This document shows, in pieces, positions 9,901-19,667 of a stretch of DNA of 20,530 nucleotides (positions within the stretch are counted from its first letter, which is position 1; each line of letters opens with the position of its first letter). The notes beneath the pieces are model-generated. The model ran no database searches. It was given only the letters and a program-made list of their open reading frames with translations, and was not told the DNA's origin. Location: NCBI GenBank assembly GCA_043228905.1, contig JBHGNT010000567.1:1-20530 (forward strand). The letters run 5' to 3'. A program made the translations under genes and the position numbers. This stretch comes from Azolla caroliniana. Taxonomy: Eukaryota; Plantae; Polypodiophyta.

Positions 9901-11373
9901 CATAAATGGGGTTTCTTTTCCAAGCTGCCCCTCACCCTTCTTCTTTGTTGTATACAATACGACTTTTTTCTTTGAGTCGACATATTGCATACACCATTCC
10001 TTGTCCGTTAGATCTCGGTCAGGAAGGTCTTCGCCTCCAGTAGCGGCGACAAGTTTCTTTTGGCTAACATCACTATGTGGCTGAGATTTTGTCTCTTCGT
10101 TAAAGAGAAGCTTTTTTCCTCTCTTCATGGTCTCAGGAGTTACCTTGGTCTGGGCTTCGATTGGAGAACCTTGTATGCGAAGCTTAATTTTCTTCACGGG
10201 TCGGTCCGACAGGTTCTCAAACGACCTATTTAAGAAAGTATATGCAAAAACATAAGTTAGACAGTCACGTAGATTGAAGTTGTATATTATAATGAAGAAC
10301 AGTTTCCAGGAGCAGTAACATATTCAAAAATCTATTATAGGCAGGGTTATTCAACTTAGAAAATATAGGTCGTAATAAGTAAAACGGGTTATATATTCTT
10401 TTAAATAGTAGGTATGACTTATATAGATTCTAAACCTATATTGAGGATAATTTGCCATAGTGAAGGCAATTTGTAGATCATTTTCTATTATTTTAAGCTA
10501 AAGTAGGTTATAAAACACCTATAATTAGAGCATGTATTTCTTTAAAAGTAAGTAAAGTCAACATAAAAAAGACTGATTTTGCCAGACAATTTGATATCAT
10601 TTCCACCCCATAAACGATTTTTCTCTCTCAAAGCCTTCTTATATACACGAACTCGATACGGCGTATCGAGTTCGTGTTTAAAACCTACACTTTAAACACG
10701 AACTCGATATGGTGTATCGAGTTCGTGTTTAAAACCTACACTTTAAACCGGAACTCGATACGCCGTATCGAGTTCATGGTTAAAGTATAGGTTTTAAACA
10801 CGAACTCGATACGCCGTATCGAGTTCGTGTATAAATATTTGTATTGTATACATGAACTCGATACGCTGTATCGAGTTCATGGTTAAAGTGTAGGTTTTAA
10901 ACACGAACTCGATACGGCGTATCGAGTTCGTGTTTAAAACCTACACTTTAAACACGAATTCGATACGGCGTATCGAGTTCGTGTTTAAAACCTACACTTT
11001 AAACACGAACTCGATACGGCGTATCGAGTTCGTGTTTAAAACCTACACTTTAAACATGAACTCGATACGGCGTATCGAGTTCATGTATACAATACAAATA
11101 TTTATACACGAACTCGATACGGCGTATCGAGTTCGTGTTTAAGACCTACACTTTAACCAGGAACTCGATACGGCGTATCGAGTTCCGGTTTAAAGTGTAG
11201 GTCTTAAACACGAACTCGATACGCCGTATCGAGTTCGTGTATAAATATTTGTATTGTATACATGAACTCGATACGCCGTATCGAGTTCTTGAGAAACGAA
11301 ACATATTTACAAAAATGTCCACAGTGTCAGAGGCCTACCTGGAGTCCTCGCGCTCGATTCTCTTTGAAGACAT
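7000..11373 (-). CDS. ParB-like domain plus beta-class N6-adenine/N4-cytosine DNA methyltransferase fusion, predicted 974 aa; exons 11373-11339, 10225-8588, 8511-8373, 8289-7823, 7734-7442, 7352-7000
   Basis: Five GT-AG introns; exon lengths 35+1638+139+467+293+353 = 2925 nt form one stop-free frame joining four listed ORFs. Catalytic motif IV LMIADIPYG precedes W-x-K, PYQKPQRLMMRLIEMFS and the SAM-binding motif I GDWILDLFSGTGTTSACALKLFRNTVALEKD (beta order). ParB-like segment: PFIVMV...YFVIGGSHSAEARRQL...IYVGLTTEEAKLLAWDHN...MSSIERIRF. Exon 1 is the least certain. Confidence 0.88.
10645..11290. repeat. Array of 13 copies of a 33-bp palindrome (ACACGAACTCGATACG-G/C-CGTATCGAGTTCGTGT), period about 51 bp, in intron 1 of the methyltransferase gene
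   Basis: Counted by eye. Only two linker types (TTAAAACCTACACTTTAA and ATAAATATTTGTATTGTAT), each present in both orientations. Confidence 0.95.
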
Positions 11374-11409
11374 GGTTGATCGTGCTGAAGTGGAGGCGGA
11401 GATCGCGCT

Positions 11410-11490
11410 TTCGTGCTTTGTGCTCTGAGTGCTTTGTGTGCTCTGTGTGCTCTCTGCGTTCTGTGTGCTCTGTACGCTCTGTACGCTCTG
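11410..11490 (-). repeat. (CAGAGCACA/CAGAGCGTA)-type short repeats in the putative 5' UTR of the methyltransferase gene
   Basis: Plus strand GTGCTCTGT / GTACGCTCT iterations lie between the TATA box and the ATG. Confidence 0.7.
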
Positions 11491-11516
11491 GTGAGTGAAA
11501 TATGATGAGGTCTTCC

Positions 11517-11524
11517 TATTTATA
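11517..11524 (-). promoter_or_regulatory. Putative TATA box of the methyltransferase gene
   Basis: Minus strand CCTATAAATAGG about 145 nt upstream of ATG 11373. Confidence 0.6.
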
Positions 11525-12195
11525 GGGATTGAACCCATGGTTAAAGTAACCATAGTCACCTTAACCAATGTTGGTAACTTTGAGGATAGTTAGTTGGTAA
11601 CCATAGTCACATTAACTAGAGTAACTTATGATTGTATTAATGATTACAAAGTCAAACTAACATATTGATCAATCTTTTATAGTCATAACAACCTACAATC
11701 ACTTCAAAGGTTATGAAGGAGACAATGATAGAGGTTCATGAATGTACCAATGATTGATTACTAAAAGCAACAATTTTTATGACTCTCAAATGTTATGTAT
11801 TAAAGATGTGGGCATGAATTAACCAATGATTGATAAGTCTAATATTTAAAATGGTGAGCATTAAAGAACCAATGAGTGAGACGTTCTATATCAAAATGGG
11901 TGTCATTAATTAGCCAATGATTTTAACATTAATCCAACATATTCAAGGCTTGTTAATGATTAGTTTTATATTTTACTTGAGGTAACATCATTTAGATCTA
12001 GTTTATATAATGATTGATAATTTAAGTTAAATTACTTTATTAAAAATAATTTTTAGATGTATTGTATTAATAGAATATTACATAATATAGACATTCTATT
12101 GATTTGGCTTTTGTTTAGAGAGAAGTTTATGTTTAGGGAGGAGTATATGGTTAGAGAGGAGTATAACTTAGAGAGCCCTATCTAGACCTTAAGCC

Positions 12196-14976
12196 ATGAG
12201 TGAAGATTCACCGTTCTCGATTGAAGAATATTGTTTGTCATCAGACCCATCGTTTTCTACTGAAGAGTATTGTTTGTCAACAGAGTCACCATATTCGATT
12301 GAAGAATATTGTCTTTCGACCGACTCACCATATTCTATCGAAGAATATTGTTTGAGCTCATCTACAGGGAATGTAAATAATGACACATGTGAAGAGTTCT
12401 CTATTGAAGAATACGATATTAATAAAGATACGGAGAATGAAGGAAGTGCCCAGGAAACATTGAATAACATTGGCGATGGTCAGAACAGAGAATTAGACTG
12501 TAACAAGGTTACACCAACCTCTATGCAGGAAGAGAAATCTGGGAGCCCTATGCATATTAGAAGAATCCCACGAAGAATTCGTCTTGCTAGATTTAGCTTG
12601 GTGACATCAGATAAACAGATTGGATTTGATGTCAACAAAATATGTTGTGCCCGTGGTTGTATGTCTATGATTGGAAAATCAAAGTTGCGAGAATTAAGGC
12701 GATACTATTTTTCGATGACCGGTGATGAGCAAGACACTTACCTCGGATCACATATGCAACTAGTATCTGACAAATGTACGGGGATCAAAGTATCATTCGA
12801 GTATTATATCTTCCATGCGCAACAGATATGTAGAGTTGCATTCAAAATTGCGTTATGTGTTAGTAACATGCGGCTACATAGAGTACAACAACGTCTACTT
12901 AGCGGGGATCAGATGCTCAATTGTAAAGAGGTTCCAAGTATGAAAGGTGCAATTGGAAGACTAGCTATTGGCTGGATGAAAACTTACTTTCAGTTAAATT
13001 GTGAAGTAATGCCCACTACAGGTAGGATGCATCTTTCTGATAATTATACCCGTCGGGAAGTTTATGATGTCTATCGATCTGAAATGCTGGGCTCACGTAA
13101 TAAGTCTATCACCTATAGCCAATTCACAAGATTATGGAGAGCTCGGTTTTCAAATGTTATTATTCCTCGTAAAGTACGTATGGGGTATTGCTCCATTTGT
13201 GCAAATCTTAAAAGTTTGGCTAAAGGTGCAAAGACATCAATGGAAAAGGATACGAGTAAGAAGTTACTACAAGAGCATCGTGAGGCACAATCCTTAGAAC
13301 GAAGGAAGGCGATGCATCATAGAGAGAAGTGTTTGAAGAGGCCTGAACAATACATGTGCTTAATGATAGATGGCATGGACCAGAAGAAGACATGCTTGCC
13401 GCATATGCGGAGGCTCCCCAAATATGTCAATGATGAGTGCCTTGTTCAAATGCACTTGGTGGGATGCTTGGCTTATAATAGGTCTGTTCGACCTCACGTC
13501 TTCATTACTTACCCCAATGTTCACAATGACCCTAACCTAACAGTTACAGTGATTCACCGAGTTTTGATGTCTTGGGGACAACCTTTCCCCCCTGTTCTAT
13601 ACATTCAATTGGACAATACTGCTAGAGAGAACAAAAATTCAACTGTATTTGGCTATCTAAGTATGTTGGTCAACCTAGAATTGTTTAGGAAAGTGAAAGT
13701 CAATTTCCTTTTGGTTGGCCACACACATGACCATATAGATCAGATGTTTAGCACATTCTCCAGACAGTTGTCTCGGCATGATGCTTTCACTTTACCTAAA
13801 CTATTTGATGTCATTTGTGATGCATATACACCACGCCCAAAAGTGTTACACTTGAAGGAGGTATATGACTTTAAGAGATATATATTAGATGGGGGTGGTG
13901 GGAATGTTAAAGTGCTTGCTCAGTTAAACAATATAAGTTTCAATCACATTTTTTTGATAAAGAAAAATGGAATAAGTGGTTCTACACTTTTGTATGCTAA
14001 ACAATATTCATCTTCTACAACATGGGAACCTGAAGGTGGTTGCCAGTTATTACTTTGTATGCCGAGTACAATTGTCCATGGAGCTAAACAAATGCCAATT
14101 GAGAAGAAAGGACAGTTGCAGAGCGACTTGGTATCAGAACAAAAACGGTCATGGCTCCAAGCCTTAGAAGAAAAAAGAAAGCATATTGAGGCCGCCAAGA
14201 AATATGCCGCACAACAAGACACGTCATGGTGGGATGTATTTTATAGTGATCAGAAAGAAATTATAGACAATTGTGTATCTGTTGATAATTGGAATTTGGA
14301 AACGCCATTCACATGGTCGCTGCAACATGATCGCGTAAATAGAAGTCCGGAGCGACTAGTAAATGCGATTAATGACAGCTTGGTCCATCCACAACAAAGA
14401 GACATTTATGTGGGACCAAGGATGACCAAAGCAGCCGAAGCTAGATGGCAAGCAAATTTGCAAGAGCTCACCGCGGGGATGTTGATTGCAACGCCGGCTG
14501 ATGAGAACTCACATGGCCACCAATTTTGGGTTGGTAAAATTCTAGAAGTGCTAATGCATGAAATAGAAAACACGATCAAGTCTATAAATGTTCATTGGTA
14601 CAACACTAGAAGTGCAAATGCTTTTACAGGTAAGTATACATTGGAGATGATTGAATGCCAAACAAGAAGGGGAGGTAGGAAGAGGAAGCGAAACATTCGT
14701 AACACCTCGACCCTTGATATCTCTGATGTGGATATCATCGTGTACGACTTCACACTTACAAAAGCCGGACGATTAAGGAAGTCAACAATAGATATAATAA
14801 AAGAAAAATTACCAGATCTACAAGGTGGCTCGAGTCAAAGGCAAACGAGATCTGCTACATATAATCTAGAGTCAAACCATTTGGTTTATGATGAAGATAA
14901 TGCACTGATTGGTACATCCGAGGATGATGAGGAGGAATCGTCATTGTATATTAGTTATAGTAGTGATTCTCCGTAA
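12196..14976 (+). CDS. Sola1-like (DUF7869-type) DDD transposase, 926 aa, intronless, with N-terminal acidic repeats and a C-terminal BAH/Tudor-like region
   Basis: Uninterrupted ORF inside the TIRs. CSIC motif, then IDGMDQKKT, IQLDNTARENKN and FLLVGHTHDHIDQMFS (putative D-D-D triad); basic NLS-like RRGGRKRKR. The 4-bp TSD agrees with the Sola superfamily; the subgroup call is from memory of motifs. Confidence 0.85.
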   Translation: MSEDSPFSIEEYCLSSDPSFSTEEYCLSTESPYSIEEYCLSTDSPYSIEEYCLSSSTGNVNNDTCEEFSIEEYDINKDTENEGSAQETLNNIGDGQNRELDCNKVTPTSMQEEKSGSPMHIRRIPRRIRLARFSLVTSDKQIGFDVNKICCARGCMSMIGKSKLRELRRYYFSMTGDEQDTYLGSHMQLVSDKCTGIKVSFEYYIFHAQQICRVAFKIALCVSNMRLHRVQQRLLSGDQMLNCKEVPSMKGAIGRLAIGWMKTYFQLNCEVMPTTGRMHLSDNYTRREVYDVYRSEMLGSRNKSITYSQFTRLWRARFSNVIIPRKVRMGYCSICANLKSLAKGAKTSMEKDTSKKLLQEHREAQSLERRKAMHHREKCLKRPEQYMCLMIDGMDQKKTCLPHMRRLPKYVNDECLVQMHLVGCLAYNRSVRPHVFITYPNVHNDPNLTVTVIHRVLMSWGQPFPPVLYIQLDNTARENKNSTVFGYLSMLVNLELFRKVKVNFLLVGHTHDHIDQMFSTFSRQLSRHDAFTLPKLFDVICDAYTPRPKVLHLKEVYDFKRYILDGGGGNVKVLAQLNNISFNHIFLIKKNGISGSTLLYAKQYSSSTTWEPEGGCQLLLCMPSTIVHGAKQMPIEKKGQLQSDLVSEQKRSWLQALEEKRKHIEAAKKYAAQQDTSWWDVFYSDQKEIIDNCVSVDNWNLETPFTWSLQHDRVNRSPERLVNAINDSLVHPQQRDIYVGPRMTKAAEARWQANLQELTAGMLIATPADENSHGHQFWVGKILEVLMHEIENTIKSINVHWYNTRSANAFTGKYTLEMIECQTRRGGRKRKRNIRNTSTLDISDVDIIVYDFTLTKAGRLRKSTIDIIKEKLPDLQGGSSQRQTRSATYNLESNHLVYDEDNALIGTSEDDEEESSLYISYSSDSP

Positions 14977-15298
14977 AGGAGTGATCATGAATGTATATTT
15001 GGCTATTAAGTGTAACTACATTCCGCTTGTAACAAATCGAGTAATATAAAATCATGTGTTTTGAATTCTTATGATTTCCCAAAAATCGTTTCTTATAAAA
15101 TAACATTGGTTGTAAAGTTTGTGATATAAATTGAGAATGTATGTTTTTGAAATTCGTCTTTTTTTAGTTACTTCTAAATCACGAAAATAGTGGATTTTTA
15201 ACCTTTTTCATAGTATGTTTGAACTTGTATGATACTGGTATCAATGTGTTTTGTAAAATCATTGAAAAACCCCTAAAATTTCCCTTATCCTTCCATTT

Positions 15299-15334
15299 AT
15301 GCGTGATCCTTCCACTTGTGAACGCGAACGTGTT
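15299..15334 (-). repeat. Right TIR
   Basis: Reverse complement AACACGTTCGCGTTCACAAGTGGAAGGATCACGCAT; 33/36 identical to the left TIR. Confidence 0.95.
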
Positions 15335-15338
15335 TACA

Positions 15339-15773
15339 CTGTTACGCGCTCAAATCTTGCGCCAACAAGAATGACAACAGCACAATTCTCTGTTTGCCCT
15401 AAGTCATATTTATACTAATATGACTTTCCGGCTATTTACAAATATAGCCCCGTTGGACTCCCAGAAAACATATTTACAAATATGTCCCTTCATCCGGTGA
15501 GCACTTCTCACCGGGCCTTCATCGTCTGGCTCATGCCGGGTACTCCTCATCCGGTTCTCACCGGGTCTTCCGTAGCCGCGTACTCCTCATCTGGCGCTTG
15601 CCGGGTACACCACATCCGATTCTCACCGGGTCTTCCGTTGCCGGGTACTTGTCATCCGGTTCTCACCGGGTCTTCCGTAGCTGGGTACTCCAAATCCTGT
15701 TTCGGCCTCGGCCGAGTTTGCTCATCAGTACTGTTCTTCTCATTTCCCATCCGGAGGGACTTGTTTCCTAACA
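15339..15773 (-). repeat. 5' LTR of copia A, second fragment
   Basis: CTGTTACGCGCTCAAATCTTGCGCC...TTCCTAACA matches about 2935-3366, including the internal CATCCGGTTCTCACCGGG repeats. Confidence 0.95.
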
Positions 15774-16380
15774 AGTTAATGGATAGTACTAATGAACAAA
15801 TTAGTACTAACGAACAAAGTTGAATATAGCTAAGATATGAATTGGTACAAACATTACTGAGAGGGGGCAATCCTATGTTATAATTTAGTACTAGTGCATG
15901 ACAACGGACAGTCCTAAGTTATAAGTTGGTCTTAATGAACAAACTTGGACAGTTCTAAGTGATTAATTAGTACTAATGCATGACAATGGACAGTCCTAAG
16001 TTATAAGTTGGTCTTAATGAATAAAGTTGGACAGTACTAAGTTAATGGATAGTACTAATGAACATGGTTGGATAGTACTAAGTTAATAATTAGTATTAAT
16101 GAGAGAGAACAATCCTAAATTATAAATTAGTACTAACGAACAAAGTTGATTATAGCTAAGTTACTCATTAGTACAAACATTACTAAGAGGGGGCAATCCT
16201 AAGTTATAATTTAGTACTTGCACATGTGCACCTTTGGGGACAATACTATGTTGTAAATTACGGATACATTACAAGACCTCAACCTTAATTAGTACTTGTA
16301 CACATAGGATGACAGTACTAACTTGTAAGTTAAGTTTACTTAACATTGTTATTACCATAATCAGTACTAGTGAATCTAGG
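15774..16380. repeat. Degenerate AGTACTAA-rich intronic minisatellite, right half
   Basis: Same units as 2100-2577, e.g. TAGTACTAATGCATGACA and GTCCTAAGTTATAAGTTGGTCTTAATGA. Confidence 0.8.
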
Positions 16381-18340
16381 TGCATGTCATTCAGTATTTT
16401 ATACAAACATTTCTAAGTACTATGGAGTATTACCAAAATAGACTTCCATTTATAAGTACCAAACATATGGATTATTTCCTCACCTTGCAATGAAGTAGAA
16501 GGACCGGGCCGCCTTAAATTGTGAGGTAGCACCATCAAACCAAACCCAATGCCGATTAAAGTTAACATCCAAGGACAATTAATCTGCATGGTGAAGCTTA
16601 AAACAATGTTGAACAAATAGTGTATCGTGCTTTTTATCATCTGAAATGTAGAATATTGATTTCTTATGTAACTCGCCGTCTTTTCTCTAGTAGCAAATAT
16701 GTACAAGTATTGTACATTGGTCATTATACCAATGCATTGATTGAACCTCATTTTGAACTTTAAACGTATAGTTCTTTGCAAAGTCAATAACGGATACTAT
16801 AACATTTGGTTGTAAGTTATTTATACATTCCTTGAACTGTGAATTTTGCCAATAACTCCTAAAGTTATGTGGAATGAACTCCTCGAGTTGGTTCTTAAAT
16901 TCTGAGACAAGGGTAGTAGCACATGTCTCCTTATATACTTCCTTGATACGCTTACTAACAAGACCCTTACCTATATTTTCTGTCACATACTCTAAATATT
17001 TCCATTTCACAATATGACAGTTATCTACATCAAGGTCTTGTCTACAAAATGGTGGTTGTGGGCAAACTTTACATGTTCTTAGAAGACATGTACGATTATG
17101 CCACTCAGATGATGGTTGTTTTTCACAAACAAAAGACCCCCATATCACAGAAACTGATGCGTAAGTCGTGTTTCGTGCATTACATCTATTATCACTCCCA
17201 TTTGGTCTACATATCTCACAAGTGCAAACACACCCATCCCCGTGTATACCCTTAGAATCAGTACGCATACTATTCAGGCCAAGCCTTAACATGTCCATTT
17301 TAATGTGGTACACACAACAACATGTGTTCCTCTCTTTTAACTTTCTAACAAAAAACGGTTTCAAACCTTGGAACTTGCGAAATCCAAGATTGATGTTAGG
17401 ATGTTGGTCTTTGAAGTTCATGAACAATTCCGCCTACATCACTCAATAAATAACAAATGTTAATAGAATCCTTTAATACAAAAAAATATTTAAAAACAAA
17501 TAGATAAAAACAAAAGAATTATCTTAGTCATCTCCAAGAAGTGTCTTGGGTGAATTTGGTACCTACCCCGACTTATACGTTGTCTACATACATCTTTTTT
17601 ATTCAGTGAGACATGAGTGTTTTTTGTCCAAATGGAATCCACTTTCTCAACAATCTCTTGAGACAAGGCATCACATCGTCGTCTACGGCCTAACCCCAAC
17701 CACTTAAATTGATTTGACTGTATATTTGTCTGATGCTTCCTCAAGTTTCTTCTTTGAATACCAAGGGCTAAGGCAACTTTAGTATCACTATATTTGTTTT
17801 TGGTTGTACCATTTACAACCATGTGAAGGGATGCTCTTTTTGCGCCAAGCTTATCTATGCTCTCTACCCCTTTCACTAAGTGTAGTGACGACTTCATAGA
17901 CTCTACAATCTCCTCTGAAACACATTGGTCCCTAATCTTAATATTTTCCATGCACTCATTCAAAAGTTGATGGTGTAACACTCTAGAGATAATATCCCTA
18001 CGATCTTCCTTGGTAAATCTCTCAATTACTTCTAGTAAATAACGAACTATGTGAAGAACCACCCGTCTCTTGCTCCTCTCAGACATAGAATTGCTACATG
18101 ACAAGTCACTCTCCTTGACATCTACCATTGCCACTCTCATGTATTCCAGCACCTAATTTTTTGTTATTTCAGTACCTAATTAACCACATCAACCAGTTTT
18201 CGAATAAACATGTACGATAATACCACACACATATATTCCTTTAACAAAACAATACAATACTAAGAAAGACAACCATACCAACAGGCTAATATAAAAGTCA
18301 AGTTTCAAGTGTTATCCACAAGTGTCTAACATCAATGGCA

Positions 18341-19215
18341 GAAGATTATCATTCTATTAAGATCGAGAAATTGACAATACTAATCATGATGATGATGATG
18401 ACATAATATTTTCAGCATAAATAAATCTTCAAGTTTCCATTTCAAAGGATAATCAATAAATAATAAACCCTTAAAAAACAGTTCTGAAATAACCAATGCT
18501 TAAAAAACTGTTCTGGAAAAAACAGTTCTGAAGACATACCGAGTGAAGGAGACGACATACCGAGGGAAGATTATCATTGTATTAAGATCTAGAACTTGAC
18601 AATAATAATCATAATGATGATGAAGACATTATCTTTTAAGCATAAATAAATCTTCAAGTTTCCATTTCAAAGGATAATCAATAAATAATAAACCCTTAAA
18701 AAACAGTTCTAAAATAACCAATGCTTAAAAAACTGTTCTGAAAACATACCGAGGGAAGGAGACGACATACCGAGGGAAGATTATCATTGTATTAAGATCT
18801 AGAACTTGACAATAATAATCATAATGATGATGAAGACATTATCTTTTAAGCATAAATAAATCTTCAAGTTTCCATTTCAAAGGATAATCAATAAATATGA
18901 AACCTTAAAAAACAGTTCTAAAATAACCAATGCTTAAAAAACAGTTCTGAAAACATACCGAGGGAAGGAGACGACATACCGAGGGAAGATTATCATTCTA
19001 TTAAGATCTAGAACTTGACAATAATAATCATGATGATGATGAAGACATTATCTTTTTAGCATAAATAAATCTTCAAGTTTCCATTTCAAAGGATAATCAA
19101 TAAATATTAAACCTTAAAAAACAATTCTTAAATAACCAATGCTTAAAAAATAGTTCTGAAAAAACAGTTTTGAAGACATACCGAGGGAAGAAGAAGACAT
19201 ACCGAGGGAAGGAGA
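18341..19215. repeat. Tandem repeat, 4 units of about 210-225 bp, upstream of the Sola2-like transposase
   Basis: Units begin GAAGATTATCATT at 18341, 18566, 18776 and 18985; each ends with doubled ACATACCGAG(G/T)GAAG. Confidence 0.95.
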
Positions 19216-19667
19216 AGACATAGCGACGAAAGGCGAAGATGGCTCAGATGTGTGACACAAAGAACGCTTGATCATTTCCACCTAGGTTTGATTCGTAGAT
19301 AAGGAATGGCAAGACCCCAAATCTTGGGGACATTCGCATGTTGTGAATACCTGAGATGTAGAGAACGACAAACAGAGATGGGCTCGGTTGGAAGGAGGAA
19401 GGGGATGCGCCAAAATGGTGAGAAGCGCCACATTCAATTAATGTGGTGTGCTAAATAAAAAATGAGGGGGAAATAGCCCCCAAATCACTCCTGACTCCTG
19501 AATACCTCACAATTGTTTCCCCCCATTAAATGCAATGTGTACTACCCCCACCCCACTCCCTAAAAAGATTATAAAATTTTTCGATTTTTTTAAAATATTT
19601 TTTATAAAGTACTCGTGTTTTTATTGGTCAAAAACAGTACTTTTTTGGTACACCGTATCATGCTTTG

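Larger units (their letters stand above)
5952..15334 (+). mobile_element. Apparently intact 9,383-bp Sola1-like TIR DNA transposon carrying a transposase and a ParB-methyltransferase cargo gene
   Basis: 36-bp TIRs with 3 mismatches and a 4-bp TSD TACA (5948-5951 and 15335-15338). Removing it restores the LTR sequence seen in the uninterrupted 3' LTR. Both genes are open. Confidence 0.93.
2578..15773 (-). mobile_element. Ty1/copia LTR retrotransposon A, internally deleted (lacks nearly all RT and RNase H); 5' LTR interrupted
   Basis: TG...CA termini, identical 5-bp TSD AGTTA at 2573-2577 and 15774-15778, paired LTRs, PBS, PPT, and gag-PR-INT order. Confidence 0.96.
1145..18152 (-). pseudogene. 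Sola2-like DDD transposase pseudogene; exons about 18152-17523, 17433-16484 and 2030-1145; last intron expanded to about 14.4 kb by nested insertions
   Basis: Motifs RNTCCCVYH, DFA(K)NYTFKVQNEVQSMHW, ISDDKKHD, W(F)DGATSQFK and YFGSGHGKGEHDGAGAVIKR. Donor AG|GTGAG at 16484 joins acceptor CAG|A at 2030 in frame (FYFIAR-YFSLTNIR). In-frame stops at 16687, about 16580 and 1217, plus an apparent GT>AT donor mutation near 17522. Confidence 0.85.

Noticed and set aside
7000-10197. Four separate genes, or bacterial contamination
   Set aside because: The pieces join through canonical GT-AG introns into one frame inside a TIR element nested in a plant-type LTR.
10645-11290. CRISPR array (palindromic 33-bp repeats with regular spacing)
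   Set aside because: Spacers are only about 18 bp, come in just two recurring types in both orientations, lie in a spliceosomal intron, and no cas genes are present.
10930-11568. ORFs 10930..11142, 11237..11428, 11262..11498 and most of 11335..11568
   Set aside because: By-products of the palindrome array and UTR repeats; only the MSSKRIEREDS part is used, as exon 1.
16413-16787. 124-aa ORF as an independent gene
   Set aside because: Alternative frame over the Sola2-like transposase exon, whose true frame continues through stop codons.
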